Under the pieces are notes generated by a model. The model was not told the DNA's origin. It worked only from the letters and a program-made list of their open reading frames with translations, and did no database searches. From Malacoraja senta (taxonomy: Eukaryota): a stretch of 64,000 bases of DNA. Numbering within the stretch: position 1 is the first letter of the stretch; each line of letters begins with the position of its first letter. Location of the stretch: NCBI GenBank assembly GCA_038087875.1, contig CM075990.1, positions 4,528,001 to 4,592,000 on the forward strand, read 5' to 3'. Position numbers and translations under genes: made by a program. Shown here piece after piece: positions 1 through 12,456 of the stretch.

Positions 1-1120
1 CCTCCAATGGACCAACGTTCACCTTAGCCACCCTTTTTCTTTTTATATAGCTATAAAAACTCTTACTATTAGTTTTTATGTTGTTCGCTAAATTCCTTTC
101 ATAGTCTATTTTCCCCGTCTTAATTAATCTCTTAGTTATTTTTTGCTGACCTTTAAATGCTTCCCAATCCTCTACCCTCCCACTATCTCTGGCTACCTTA
201 TATGCCCTTGCCTTCAGCCGAATACTATCCTTTATAGTTTTACTGAGCCATGGCTGACTGTTCTTTCCCTTACCCCTTTTTTTCTTCATAGGAATAAATT
301 TTTCTTGAAGGTTATACAGTAGATCCTTAAACGTACACCACTGCTCATGTACCGTCTTATTCTTGAGTCTGCTATCCCAGTCAACTTTGATCAGCTCAGT
401 CCTCATACCTTCATAATCCCCCTTATTTAGACTAAGTACCCTAGCCTGAGTTTCAACCTGCTCCCCTTCTATTTGAATATGGAATTCGACCATATTGTGG
501 TCACTTGTTCCCAACGAGTCCCTAACTATGACATTTTTAATTAATCCTGCTTCATTACACAGGACCAGATCCAAGATTGCCTCCCCCCTTGTCGGTTCTG
601 TGACATACTGTTCTAGGAACCCGTCTCTAATACATTCTATAAACTCTTCCTCTAGTCTACCCTGCCCAGTTTGGTTTGCCCAATTAATATGAAAATTGAA
701 GTCCCCCATGATTACAGCAGTTCCCTTTTTACATGCGTCAACTATTTGCAGATTTATGTTCTGACTAACAGCGTCACAGCTATTTGGAGGTCTATAAATT
801 ACACCCACTAGTGTTTTTTTCCCCTTGTTATTCTCTATCTGTACCCAAGCTGTTTCACTATCCTGATCTTTCAACGCAATATCCTTCCTCTCTATTGCCG
901 TTATTCCCTCCCTTATTAAAAGGGCCACCCCTCCTCCCTTTCTTTCCTGTCTATCTTTTCTAATTGTCGAGTACCCCTCTATATTTAACTCCCAATCCTG
1001 ATCCCCTTGCAGCCATGTCTCCGTAATGGCCACGATATCATAACTATATATACTTAATTGCACCGTTAATTCATTTATCTTATTTCGAATACTCCGTGCA
1101 TTTAGATACAGCACTTTCAG
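1..1120 (-). CDS. CR1 ORF2 N-terminal AP-endonuclease domain (partial)
   Basis: Manual translation: LKVLYLNARSIRNK...DIVAITETWL...RKDRQERKGGGVALL...MGDFN...ILDLVL...SDHN. Confidence 0.9.
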   Translation of the reverse strand, partial: MKVLYLNARSIRNKINELTVQLSIYSYDIVAITETWLQGDQDWELNIEGYSTIRKDRQERKGGGVALLIREGITAIERKDIALKDQDSETAWVQIENNKGKKTLVGVIYRPPNSCDAVSQNINLQIVDACKKGTAVIMGDFNFHINWANQTGQGRLEEEFIECIRDGFLEQYVTEPTRGEAILDLVLCNEAGLIKNVIVRDSLGTSDHNMVEFHIQIEGEQVETQARVLSLNKGDYEGMRTELIKVDWDSRLKNKTVHEQWCTFKDLLYNLQEKFIPMKKKRGKGKNSQPWLSKTIKDSIRLKARAYKVARDSGRVEDWEAFKGQQKITKRLIKTGKIDYERNLANNIKTNSKSFYSYIKRKRVAKVNVGPLE

Positions 1121-1293
1121 ATGATTTTTACTACCCTTCCTTTCTGTTTTTGCCCCTTTTACATCTAGAGCTTTATCTTCACACATTCTGGATCCTCCTG
1201 TCACATTTTGATTTTCCGTTTCCCCACTGATACCCTGCTCTATTTCCTCTACCCCTGCCGTTATTACCCCCCTTGATACCTCCCCCCCGCTAC

Positions 1294-2284
1294 TTAGTTT
1301 AAAGACCTCTCTACTGCCCTAGTTATATGATTTGCCAGGACCCCAGTCCCAGCACCGTTCAGGTGAAGTCCGTCCTTACAGAACAGATCCCCCCTGTCCC
1401 AGTACTGGTGCCAGTGGCCCAAGAAACCAAACCCATTTTTCCCACACCAGTCTTTGAGCCATGCATTCAGCTTTTTAATTTTACGTACCCTCGCCGATTT
1501 GGCCCGTGGCTCAGGTAGCAATCCAGAGATCAGTACCCTCGAGGTTCTGCTTTTTAATTTATTCCCTAACTGCTCAAACTCCTTCAGCAGATCCTCCTTC
1601 CTCGTCCTTCCTATGTCATTGGTCCCCACATGGACCACGACCACTGGATCCTCCCCCTCACTCTGCAAATTTCTCTCCAGCATCGCAGAGATATCCTTAA
1701 CCCTAGCACCGGGTAGGCAACACAGCCTTCGGGACATGTTCTGCTGGCCGCAGAGAACCTTATCTACCCCCCGAATAATACTATCCCCTATCACAACGGC
1801 ATTTCTTCTAACTCCCCCCCTCTTGAATGGCCCCCTGATCCACGGTGCTGCAGCCAGGTTGCTCATCCCTCCCACAGCCCCTGATCCCGTCCTCACATTG
1901 AGTAAGAGCCTCGGTCATGCTCGTCAGGGACAAGGGCTGTGGCTCCTGCCGCATCTCCTCCTGGTTCCCCCTACCTGCCTCGCTTATGACCACACCTTCC
2001 TTTCCCTGCTCACTAACTACTGAATTAGTTAAACTGGTCGGTGTGACCATCCCCTGGCACAAAACTTCCAGGTAATACTCCCCCTCCCTGATGCACCGCA
2101 GCGTATGAAGTTGGGTCTCCAGCTCATCAATGCAGAGCTCGAGTTCTGCTAGCCTCAAACACTTACTGCAGCTGTAGGGATCATCTACATCAATGGTGTC
2201 GACAAATTCCCACATCTCACAGTATTGGCACATCTCCTGGCCGCCCACCTTATATAAGTAATTAACTGGTCCTGTATTAAACAC
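1294..2284 (-). CDS. CR1 ORF1 (zinc-finger-like, coiled coil, SGNH esterase), split by a +1 frameshift in the C7 run at 1814-1820
   Basis: ORFs 1808..2284 and 1294..1896 join as ...GAIQEGG/VRRNAVVIGDSIIRG... if one base of the homopolymer is removed. Confidence 0.85.
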
Positions 2285-3409
2285 CCCTTATTTATATAAT
2301 CCTACCTCCTATAAATGGGAAAGTACTTACCCCAGCCGTAAATTACCTACTGGTTTGGCTGTCTAGTGGTAATTCCGTCCGCTCTTCCTGTCTGGTCCAC
2401 TGCTCCCTTGCAGTGCGTGGCCTACCTCTTAGCCTCTGTTAGCCTCTCGAGCCGCGGCTCCGTCCTTCCTCCCTCGGCGACAGCCCGGGCCGCACCTGTG
2501 GCACCTGTGGCACCTGTGGCACCGCGGTCGTGACGTTCCTTCCGTTCCAACTGCCACTGATTACTCGCTGCACTCTGATTACCTCGCTCCTGCACTCTGA
2601 TTACCTCGCTGATTCGCTGCCTAATCTCCTGCTGCTGTTGCTCCCAAATCTACAGCAGTTCATTACTGACAAGCAGTCTGGGACCTCAGAATAAGCCTGC
2701 CAGCATGCCAGTATGGCCTAATCTTGCACCTGTTGTCTATTGTCTATTGTCTATTGAAATAGGCAACATTTCGGGACGAAACGTTGCCTATTTCCTTCGC
2801 TCCATAGATGCTGCCTCATCCGCTGAGTTTCTCCAGCATTTTTTGTCTACCATCGATTTTCCAACATCTGCAGTTCCTTCTTAAACAGGAAAGATTTACT
2901 TCCCTTAAATCAATAAACAGATGGCATAGATTTAAGTTAATTGAAGGAAAGTTTAGAGGAAGATTTGTTTAGCCTTTCTGGAGCTCTAACTGCACGGGTG
3001 GTGGAGGCAGGCATCCTCATCATATTTAAAAGCTACCTGCAAGAGTCATAACTTTTAGGATAACAAACCAAGAGGAAGTGAGATAAACCTCAAACAAATC
3101 CTTCTCATTGTTTGGAATGAACATTTGTTGCTTAGATTTCCTGACTTTCAATTACATAGAACAAACAGCTGGAGAACAGCCCAAGAACAGGCTCTTCAGT
3201 TCACAATGTCTCTGCCAAACATGATGTTAAATTAAACTAATCTGTGTCTGCATATAATCCCCATCCCTCCATTCCCTGCATATTCATGTGCCTATCTAAA
3301 AGCTTCTATAGTATCTGCTTCCACCACCACCCCATTGTGCCAGTGAATCTTAAATGCCGTGTTAGAGAGTAAATTGAACCAATGTAGGCATGCCTTCAGC
3401 CTAAAGAGC

Positions 3410-3940
3410 AAGTAGAACGTAGAAAGCATTTGATCAGGATGCATCACAGCACGGTTTGGGAACAGCTCCATCCACGACCGCAAGAAATTGCCGAGCCTTG
3501 TGGACGTAATCCAGACAATCCCGCAACCAACCTCCCTTCCATTGACTCCATTTACATTTCACGCTGCCTTGGCCAGGCCACCAGCATAATCAAGGACATT
3601 CTCACCCTCTTCTCCCCTCTCCCATCAGGCAAGAGGCACAGAAGTTTGGAAACGCACACCTCCAGATTCCGAGACAGTTTCTTCCCATCTGTTATCAGGC
3701 TACTGAAATGTCCTCCCATCAGCTGGAGTACGGTCCTGACCTTCCATCCGCCTCACTGGAAACCTTTGAACTATATTTAATCGGACTTTAACCCGCATTA
3801 GACCTTATACCCTTTATCCTGTGTCTGCACGGTGGATGGTTTGATTGTAATCATGTAGTCTTTTCGCTGACTAGGTAGCACGCAACAAAAATGGTTTTCA
3901 CTGCACCTCGGTACACGTGACAATACTAAATTAAACTAAG
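3410..3940 (+). mobile_element. Rex/Babar-like LINE 3' fragment (similar copies near 18800-19330, 39500-39790, 57880-58330)
   Basis: Encodes LFSPLPSGKRHRSLETHTSRFRDSFFPSVIRLL followed by a recurring 3' tail. Confidence 0.7.
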
Positions 3941-4031
3941 AAAGCTTTATTGGGAAAGAATCTAGCGAGTGGTATTGAGAGGTTAGAGAAGGATTAATAG
4001 TGTGATAAACACCTACCGCCGACATACTCAC

Positions 4032-6011
4032 CCTGTACAGTTGGAGTGCTCTTGTCATGGTTTAAAGTTGAAGCATTTCTGGAAACCCCCAGATGCTTGT
4101 TCGTGTGGTGACCTTCTCCGTGGTGACCTTCCCTGTGATGTTTTCTCATCCGCTTTAAGCCTAAGCCACCTCGTCCTGTACGGGATGTCCCGTTAGAAAC
4201 CCTGTCCGCGTGGCCAGTGAACCTCTGAAACTCTGTGACGTGACCATCCAGGAACTGTTTCAGAGATGATACATCTAACTCCAGAGCCTCCACGGACTTT
4301 GTGAACTGTTCCTTCATTTGCCCCAAGCTCCGATTGAAGTAATTGTCCGTGGAATTACAATGGGATTCCAATGTAATCAGTTTCAAATTCAACATCTCAA
4401 TATCTTTTTCTCTGAATGATATTTTGCTGGTGTTAGATTGTAAATCATCCTGTTCCTCTTCCATTGCCTCGTGCTCCAGTTCCATGAGTTTACGACTATC
4501 TGTACCATCTATTTCTGAAGAGCTTTCTGCATCTTCAGCCCCAGTCAAGTCTCTTGTTCCTTCAAGCAACTGCAACTTGAAGTTGATGCTTTCCAAAATC
4601 ATTTTCTGATCCGCAAGTTCGTTTTCTGTTTCATTTAGGACCCGATACAAAGTGTTCATGGAAAGCAGCTGGGGTTTGGTCGCACCCTCCGATGTAATCT
4701 CCAAGATGTCTTGTTCCAACAAACTTTCCAGAATTACAGTATGCCTTAACGCATCCTCTAAAAGGGAACTGAATGAGCTGTTTAGATATTTCATGCGGGA
4801 GTCCATGACGCCATCAAATGTTTTCAGGTTGCCAACGTCTTCCATAATCATTGAGGAATTCTTCTGGAGTTTGAAGATGCCTTCAGTTAAAATGCTGTGC
4901 TTTTCATCCAGCAGGTACTGGAAGCCCTGAATTTGTTGGCGGATTTGTTGCAAGGCCATGAAGAGATCTTGCACAGAATCGTTGAAGTTGTTGCTGAGTT
5001 CGAGCTCTTGCTGCTTGACGTAGGTCAGATCGAAGTGCATTTTGTCCATAAAGTCGCTGGCATTTCTCAGGTTATCAATAACCAAGCTATAATCCACAAG
5101 TAGTTTCTGACAGTCGCAAAGCTGCTGGTCCTCCGGCATGCCGTACAACAGCTGGCTCAATTCTTTTACTTTATTGTCGAGTCTAGAAATATGTTCACTG
5201 TGCCCTGATCTTTGATGGTTAAAGGACACATTCAGCCCCAAAATAGCTTCCAGAAACCCTCGGCGAGTCTCATTCAGTTTTTGATTCATTTCTCTCTCAA
5301 GTCCACCCACCAGTTGGGCACAGTTTGACTCCTGCTTCTCCAGCTTGTGTTGAAACGCAGCAACCTGCTTGGATGACGGAGCACACGTTAAATTTGTTAG
5401 ATTGCTTGAATGAATCTGAAGAGCGATGCTCAGTTTATCCAAGACCTCTTTTGTCATTCCCACGTCTTGGTGGACTGCCTTCAAGTTGCACTCTGGACAT
5501 GGTTTTGGTCCTTGGAGTTCAGCAGTCTCCGCGATACTTTGATTTAAAGTGTATATTTCCAGCCAAAGTCTATCCTGGTCTTTCCTCAATTCAGCTGTGG
5601 TGTTATCGAGAAGATGTGATTTCATCTGGATCATCTTCTGGCTGCGTTTGATCTTTAGGTCCGTCTCAGTCTTTATTATTGTCATGTTGTGGTCAAGGGT
5701 AACTCTATGAGCATGCAGTTCCTTGTCAATGTTCCATTGTTGTCCTTTCAACTTGTCTTCCATTTTCCGTAGCTGTTCACTGTTTTCGTCGAGTTTTAGT
5801 TTTAACTTGGTGCCCAATTCCTCGAGTTCTGTTTGGCGTTCCGAGAGCTTGCCGTGCCTTCGCCTGTCGGTCTCTACATCGTGTGATAAATTGAAGACCT
5901 TGTCGGACAGGACTTGTAGGCTGTCATTGAAGCTTGCCCACACTGAATGAAGATGCTGTCGCAAGAAGCTTTCAACATAAGTCTTTACCATGTCCTCAAG
6001 GCCTGGTAATT
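4032..6011 (-). CDS. MMRN2: Multimerin-2 large coiled-coil exon (coding exon 6, 1980 nt, phase 1-1)
   Basis: Open frame ELPGLEDMVK...STPTVQ; acceptor ttttggtttgctttggcag, donor G|gtgagt; heptad-rich with many NxS/T sites; upstream EMI exons; adjacent to SNCG. Confidence 0.92.
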
Positions 6012-6697
6012 CTGCCAAAGCAAACCAAAACATGGTGTAAAATGTAGACACAAGAAACCGTAGATGCTGGAAACTCCAGCAAAACACAAGGTGTTCACTT
6101 TTAACTGATTGACCATGTATTGAACCAACAAATATTTTCAGAAGCTTGAGCGAACAAGCTGGTAATTTCGAACGAAATTCCGAAGAGGTGGAACAAATAA
6201 AACAGAGGATGAACAATGAAATATCGTCTTGGAAACGAAAGACACAAAAAGCTGGAGTAACTCAGCGGGACAGGCAGCATCTCTGGAGAGAAGGAATGGG
6301 TGACGTTTCGGGTCGAGACTCTTCTTCAGGCTGCCTGTCCCGCTGAGTTACTCCAGCTTTTTGTGGTCCATCTTCGGTCCATCTATCTAGGGGGGAAGAC
6401 AAGAAAAGACCGGGTGTTGCTCCAAAACACGATGCAATGGATGAGGTTAGAAGAGGTGCACCTCTGTCTCACCCGGGGGAAAATAGTTAGCAAAAGGGGT
6501 TGGGAATTGGAGACTAGGGAGAGCAATGGTGAAGCATTCACAGCTCTGGTGACATGCAGTCCATTGTACTAGAGTGAAGGCAATACAAAGGATCTTCTGA
6601 GAAAGACATCTCCAGCGACCATAGACTTTTGAAGTATGAGTCCAGCAAAAGCACTTTTATACAGTGAGTTCCTCTCTCTGGAGCAATGAAGATATTA

Positions 6698-7011
6698 GGG
6701 CGACACACAGTGGCGCAGCTCGTAGAGTCACTGCCTCACAGCACCAGGGACACGGGTTCCATCTTGACCTCGAATGCTGTCTGTGTGGAGTTTGTACGTT
6801 CTCCCTGTGACTGTGGGTTTCCTCCAGGTGCTCCAGTTTCCACCTACATCCCAAAGACATGCAGTTTTCGAGGTTAATTGGCCCTCTGTAAATTGCCCCA
6901 TTGTGTGTAGGGAGTGGGTAACATAGAACTAGTGTGATCGATGGTCGGCATGGACTCGTTGGGCCGAAGGGCTTGTTTCCATGCTGGATCTCTAAACTAA
7001 AACTAAATTAA
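6698..7011 (+). mobile_element. HE1-like tRNA-derived V-SINE
   Basis: A/B-box head, V-domain (ggagtttgtacgttctccc...ggtttcctcc), CR1-like tail gggccgaagggcctgtttcc, (taaac)n end. Confidence 0.85.
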
Positions 7012-7589
7012 ATTCACGGATTGAGCAATGTCAAGCCAATTGCTGTTCTCTCAACCCCCCTAAAGCATGGATTTGTTAAGTAAACAGGAGCAAGATGGAG
7101 CCATTGACTGGTTTAAGTCGCCTTGTGTCATGATTTTATTTTCCTTTCTTCCCATGGATTGCGCTGTAAGATTTATTTTGACAAGTCCTAACGGAAAGTG
7201 GTGGGAGTTTGTATAATTACTGTGGCAGACTCACTCCCATGGTTTCCACTGGCCCTCTGTAAATACAATCAGTTGGAATCATCTCTTGTTTTTCCGTAGA
7301 AGAAAAAATCTTATTTAACGACCTTTTACGTTTCAAAAGTACAAAGTGTAAATTATTCACAAACTTCTAATTATAAGGTAGACAAAAATGCTGGAGAAAC
7401 TCAGCGGGTGAGGCAGCATCTATGGAGCGAAGGAATAGGTGACGTTTCGGGTCGAGACCCTTCTTCACACTAATTACAAGCCTCCTTTGTAAAGTAAACT
7501 GCAAATACCTTCCTTGTCCCATGACAAAAAAACAATCAAAGCTTCAAATCCAGGTTACAATAATCCTATGTTACAATAACGTTCCTTAA

Positions 7590-7953
7590 AGGGCCTGTCC
7601 CACTTGGCCGTCATTTGCGCGCTATTTACGCAACCTCCAAAAATGTGGTCGTTGCGTTGTGACGCACGGGTAGCGTGTGGGTAGCGCGGGACGGGCGCAT
7701 GGTGAGGTGTGGAGGAGTGTGGAGTTGCGCGCCAGGATGTCGTGATGCACAAAATCCTCGCGCGCCACCTGCATGACGTATTGCGTACGCACGCTGACGC
7801 ATTGGCGTCGCACGCTGGCGTCCTGACGTCTCACGTGTATCGCGTGGTGACGCATGGTCACTGCCTGTGTGATTTGCGCGCGACGTTGCGTCAACCTATT
7901 TTACATATGACATGTAAATGAGGCGCAATTGACGGCCAAGTGGGACAGGCCCT
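7590..7953. mobile_element. PIF/Harbinger-type MITE
   Basis: About 30-bp TIRs AGGGCCTGTCCCACTTGGCCGTCA..., TAA on both flanks, CpG-rich interior. Confidence 0.85.
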
Positions 7954-8074
7954 TAAGGCTTGACAAATGACGCCTTCACTATCCTCTTTCTAGAGCTTTC
8001 AGCATGATAGTGCTCTTTTTTCCCCAATTACCATCTTGCCAATGTTATTCATTTCAAAACAAATCAAAATAAAC

Positions 8075-8560
8075 TTTATTCAGGATAAAAAATATGTACA
8101 AAACAAGAACTGTGCAACATTCCTCTGACAATCTCCGCGGCTACACATATAAATGTTAGCGTTCAATTTGGTTGTGTCCCCAAACACTATAATTATACCC
8201 GGCACCCTCGCCAATCATGTGCCCCCCCTGGGATGATATCCCGTCCCTTGTTTGAGGGGTGTCCCCACCGGACTCTGCTCCCCAATATCCAGCAGCACAA
8301 GGGCCCTAGACTGTGGGCCTCCCCCACAGAGCCTTGGCGTTGGCTGCACCGAGCTTCAGTGCATCCCTCAGCACGTACTCCTGCAGTCTGGAGCGGGCCA
8401 GTCGGCAACATTCCCCGACGGACATTTCACTCTGCTGGGAGGTCAACAAAGCTCGGGCAGACCAACGAGCGTCTTAAGTTGATGATCTTCCAGCAGCACT
8501 CGATGACCGTCTCTGAATGTGTCCCTGGGGGCAGTCCGTAAATCAGAGAGTCCTCCGTTA
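8075..8560 (-). mobile_element. Tx1/L1-clade LINE 3' fragment
   Basis: Degenerate EDSLIYGL...ECCRLARSRLQEYVLRDALKLGAANAKALWG-stop, followed by AATAAA. Confidence 0.65.
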
Positions 8561-9063
8561 TTTGGATAATTCTCTTAACATTGTCCTGCTACAACCTGGT
8601 TCAAGTCCTTCTGATACTCAAGGTTGAGTCCGTTTCCACCTCCTTTGACAGATGGTGAGTTCCACATCACATCCGCTCATGCCCTCTATAATCTTTTCCA
8701 TTCCGGTCTAATCCTGTGCCACTGATCCAAAGTCACTAATAGCAAACGCTACCCTCTGTGTACCCATTCAAACCAACCACGATCTTGGACACCCATCAAA
8801 TCTCATCCCAACTTTATTTCTTTCAGCAGCTTTTCCAGCCTTACAAAACAAAGCCCTGGAATCATTCCAGTACATTTTGCTGCACTCTCTGTATGAAATG
8901 CACCTCCTCTTTGAAATTAATGAATAGAATTGGAAAAAAGAGTCAGGTTATGTTGCAGCCCCCCCCCCCCCCCCCCAACCCCCCCCCAACCCCATTCTGA
9001 AGCCCAGGATTCTATGGTCAATGCATCCACCTTCTTTGTGTCTCTCTTGATCAGCTTCCAATG

Positions 9064-9604
9064 ATAGAAACATAGAAACATAGAAATTAGGTGCAGGAGG
9101 AGGCCATTCGGCCCTTCGAGCCTGCACCGCCATTCAATATGATCATGGCTGATCATCCAACTCAGTATCCTGTACCTGCCTTCTCTCCATACCCTCTGAT
9201 CCCTTTAGCCACAAGGGCCACATCTAACTCCCTCTTAAATATAGCCAATGAACTGGCCTCGACTACCCTCTGTGGCAGAGAGTTCCAGAGATTCACCACT
9301 CTCTGTGTGAAAAAAGTTCTTCTCATCTCGGTTTTTAAAGGATTTCCCCCTTATCCTTAAGCTGTGACCCCTTGTCCTGGACTTCCCCAACATCGGGAGC
9401 AATCTTCCTGCATCTAGCCTGTCCAACCCCCTTAAGAATTTTGTACGTTTCTATAAGATCCCCTCTCAATCTCCTAAATTCTAGAGAGTATAAACCAAGT
9501 CTATCCAGTCTTTCTTCATAAGACAGTCCTGACATCCCAGGAATCAGTCTGGTGAACCTTCTCTGCACTCCCTCTATGGCAATAATGTCCTTCCTCAGAT
9601 TTGG
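9064..9604 (-). mobile_element. CR1 3' fragment
   Basis: RT C-terminal peptide RLGLYSLEFRRLRGDLIETYKI and (tttctatg)n tail. Confidence 0.9.
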
Positions 9605-10066
9605 TGTCCTTCCTCAGATTTGGTACTACTTCCTATTTTGGTGCTATCTGGCACACACTATTTTGATGTGGGTGTTATTTTATTTGTCCTCCAGCTATAA
9701 GTTGTTGCCCAGCCTCAACTAACGGTTCAGTTGAAATTCTTTCCTGGCATTTCTCACGAGGATATTGGTCCCAATTGTCTGGTGCCGGTGACTGACCCTA
9801 ACCACATCCCATAGTATCAGTCCCCCTGCCTCTTCATGTATAATCCCCTTCATGGGTGTCCCTGCCCCTTACATTAGTGGAGAATAAAGAGGTGATCTGA
9901 TAAATTACTTAGTATTCTAAGACCAGCCACCGGGGAGGTAGATGCAAGGAACTGCAGTTGCTGGCTTACAAAAAAAAGACACAAAGTACTGGAGTAACTC
10001 AGTGGGTCAGAGAGCATCTCTGGAGAACATGGATAGGTGACGTTTTGGGTCAGGAAGTGCTGACAT

Positions 10067-10493
10067 TTGTATGTTTCTATTAGGAGATTGAGAGGGGATC
10101 TTATAGAAACGTACAAAATTCTTATGGGGTTGCACAGGCTAGATGCAGGAAGATTGTTCCCGATGTTGGGGAAGTCCAGGACAAGGGGTCACAGCTTAAG
10201 GATAAGGGGGAAATCCTTTAAGACCGAGATGAGGAAAAACTTTTTCACACAGAGAGTGGTGAATCTCTGGAACTCTCTGCCACAGAGGGTAGTTGAGGCC
10301 AGTTCATTGGCTATATTTAAGAGGGAGTTAGATGTGGCCCTTGTGGCTAAAGGGATCAGGGGGTATGGAGAGAAGGCAGGTACGGGATACTGAGTTGGAT
10401 GATCAGCCATGATCATATTGAATGGCGGTGCAGGCTCGAAGGGCCGAATGGCCTACTCCTGCACCTATTTTCTATGTTTCTATGTTTCTATGA
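10067..10493 (+). mobile_element. CR1 3' fragment with a short 5' inversion
   Basis: RRLRGDLIETYKI...GYGEKAGTGY; near-identical to the 9064 copy in inverted orientation. Confidence 0.9.
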
Positions 10494-10869
10494 CTTGAAC
10501 CTCTGATGACATTGCTCTTGTACTTGAACGTAATGGTTGCAGTAACAACAAGATACTTTAGGGGGCAGTGTCCTCAAGGGAACCCGACAACACTCTCCAA
10601 GGTAGACACGAAGGACTGGAGTAACTCAGCAGGTCAGGCAGCATCTCTGGAGAAAAGGAATAGGTGACGTTTCGGGTCGAGACCCACCTATTCCTTCTCT
10701 CCCAAGAATCTCAACAAATCTCATTCCCTACTAATCTTTCCTGTAAACTATTTGTCCCACATTTCCATCAACTCTGCCCTGAAAATTCACCAATTACCCC
10801 CAATCTGCAGCAAACACTTCGCTCACCCAACCCTGTGGGTTTTTGGGACGAGGGAGAAAGTGGGAGCTT

Positions 10870-11790
10870 GCAGACGACACAAAGCCGGATGGCAGTGCGA
10901 ACTGTGAGGAGGATGCTATGAGAATGCAGGGTGACTTGGACAGGTTGGGTGAGTGGGCAGATGCATGGCAGATGCAGTTTAATGTGGATAAATGTGAGGT
11001 TATCCACTTTGGTAGCAAAAACAGGAAGGCAGATTATTATCTACATGGTGTCAAGTTGGGAAAAGGGGAAGTACAACGGGATCTGGGGGTCCTTGTTCAT
11101 CAGTCAATGAAAGTAAGCATGCAGGTACAGCAGGCAGTGAAGAAAGCGAATGGCATTTTGCCCTTCATAACAAGAGGAGTTGAGTATAGGAGCAAAGAGG
11201 TCCTTCTGCAGGTGTATATGGCCCTAGTGAGACCACACCTGGAGTATTGTGTGCAGTTTTGGTCCCCTAATTTGAGGAAGGACATTCTTGCAATTGAGGG
11301 AGTGCAGCGTAGGTTTACAAGGTTAATTCCCGGGATGGCGGGACTGTCATATGCTGAGAGAATGGAGAGGCTGGGCTTGTATACTCTGGAGTTTAGAAGG
11401 ATGAGAGGGAATCTTATTGAAACATATAAGATTATTAAGGGTTTGGACATGCTAGAGGCAGGAAACATGACCCTGATGTTGGGGGAGTCCAGAACCAGGG
11501 GCCACAGTTTAAGAATAAGGGGTAAGCCATTTAGAACAGAAACGAGGAACCACTTTTTCACCCTGAGAGTTGTGAGTCTGTGGAATTCTCTGCATCAGAG
11601 GGCGGTGGAGGCCGGTTCTCTGGATACTTTCAAGAGAGAGCTAGATAGGGCTCTTAAAAAATAGCAGAGTCAGGGGATATGGGGAGAAGGCAGGAACGGG
11701 GTACTGATTGTGGATGATCAGCCATGATCGCATTGAATGGCGGTGCTGGCTCGAAGGGCCGAATGGCCTACTCCTGCACCTATTGTTTAT
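10870..11790 (+). mobile_element. CR1 3' fragment (RT C-terminus)
   Basis: ADDTK...WQMQFNVDKC...RPHLEYCVQFWSP... Confidence 0.93.
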
Positions 11791-11893
11791 TGTGAGGGAG
11801 AGCCACACGGTCACAGCGAGGACGTGCAAGCTTCACACAGACAGCAGCAGGGGGCAGGATTGAACCCGGGCCACCAGAGGTGTGAAACAATGA

Positions 11894-12218
11894 GGCAAGA
11901 TGGCACAACTGGTAGAACCGCTGCTTCACAGCGCCAGAGACCCGCGTTCGATCCTGACCGTGGTCGGTGGCTGCGCGGAGTTTGCACGTTCTCCCTGTGA
12001 CAAGGCTTTCCTCCGGGTGCTCCGGTTTCCTCCCACGTCCCAAAGACGTGCGGGTTTGTAGGTCAATTGGCTTCTGTACATTTGCCCCCTAGTGTGTCGG
12101 GAGTGGATGAGAAAGTGGGATAACAGGGAACTGGTGTGATGGGGTGATCAATGGTCCTCCATGGACCTGGTGGGCTGAAGGGCCTGTGTCCATTGTTGTA
12201 TCTCTAAACTAAATAAAA
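11894..12218 (+). mobile_element. HE1-like SINE
   Basis: Same head, V-domain and tail as the other copies. Confidence 0.8.
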
Positions 12219-12456
12219 CTGTGAGATAGCAGCTCGTCAAGCTGTTTCCACCGTGCCACCAGGCTGTGGTGACTGGGATGCTATGAACTAGGTATTCATC
12301 TCCGTTTTCCAGGTGCACACTGGCCAAGAAGGGGTAGAACAACAAGACTTTCCCTGAGGAAATGAGGTCAGTCAGTGTGAGCCCGCCTTATCCTGAATCC
12401 CCACAATCCTAGAATCAATGGTTTAATGTTCCCAGCTTCCACCAAGCAGCCTGGAC

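Larger units (their letters stand above)
1..2640 (-). mobile_element. CR1-clade LINE, 5' part (5'UTR, ORF1, start of ORF2), inside MMRN2 intron 6
   Basis: Minus strand reads a GC-rich 5'UTR, then ORF1 (CxxC...CxxC, coiled coil, SGNH esterase motifs GDSIIR, HVGTND, DGLHL), then an AP-endonuclease that continues toward the left edge. Confidence 0.93.

Noticed and set aside
6012..6216. N-terminal 68 aa of the 740-aa ORF as a protein start
   Set aside because: It lies upstream of the splice acceptor at 6011 and includes repeat-derived sequence, so it is intronic.
8560..9870. Possible very old CR1 ORF1 remnant around the CR1 insertion
   Set aside because: Too degenerate to support by eye.
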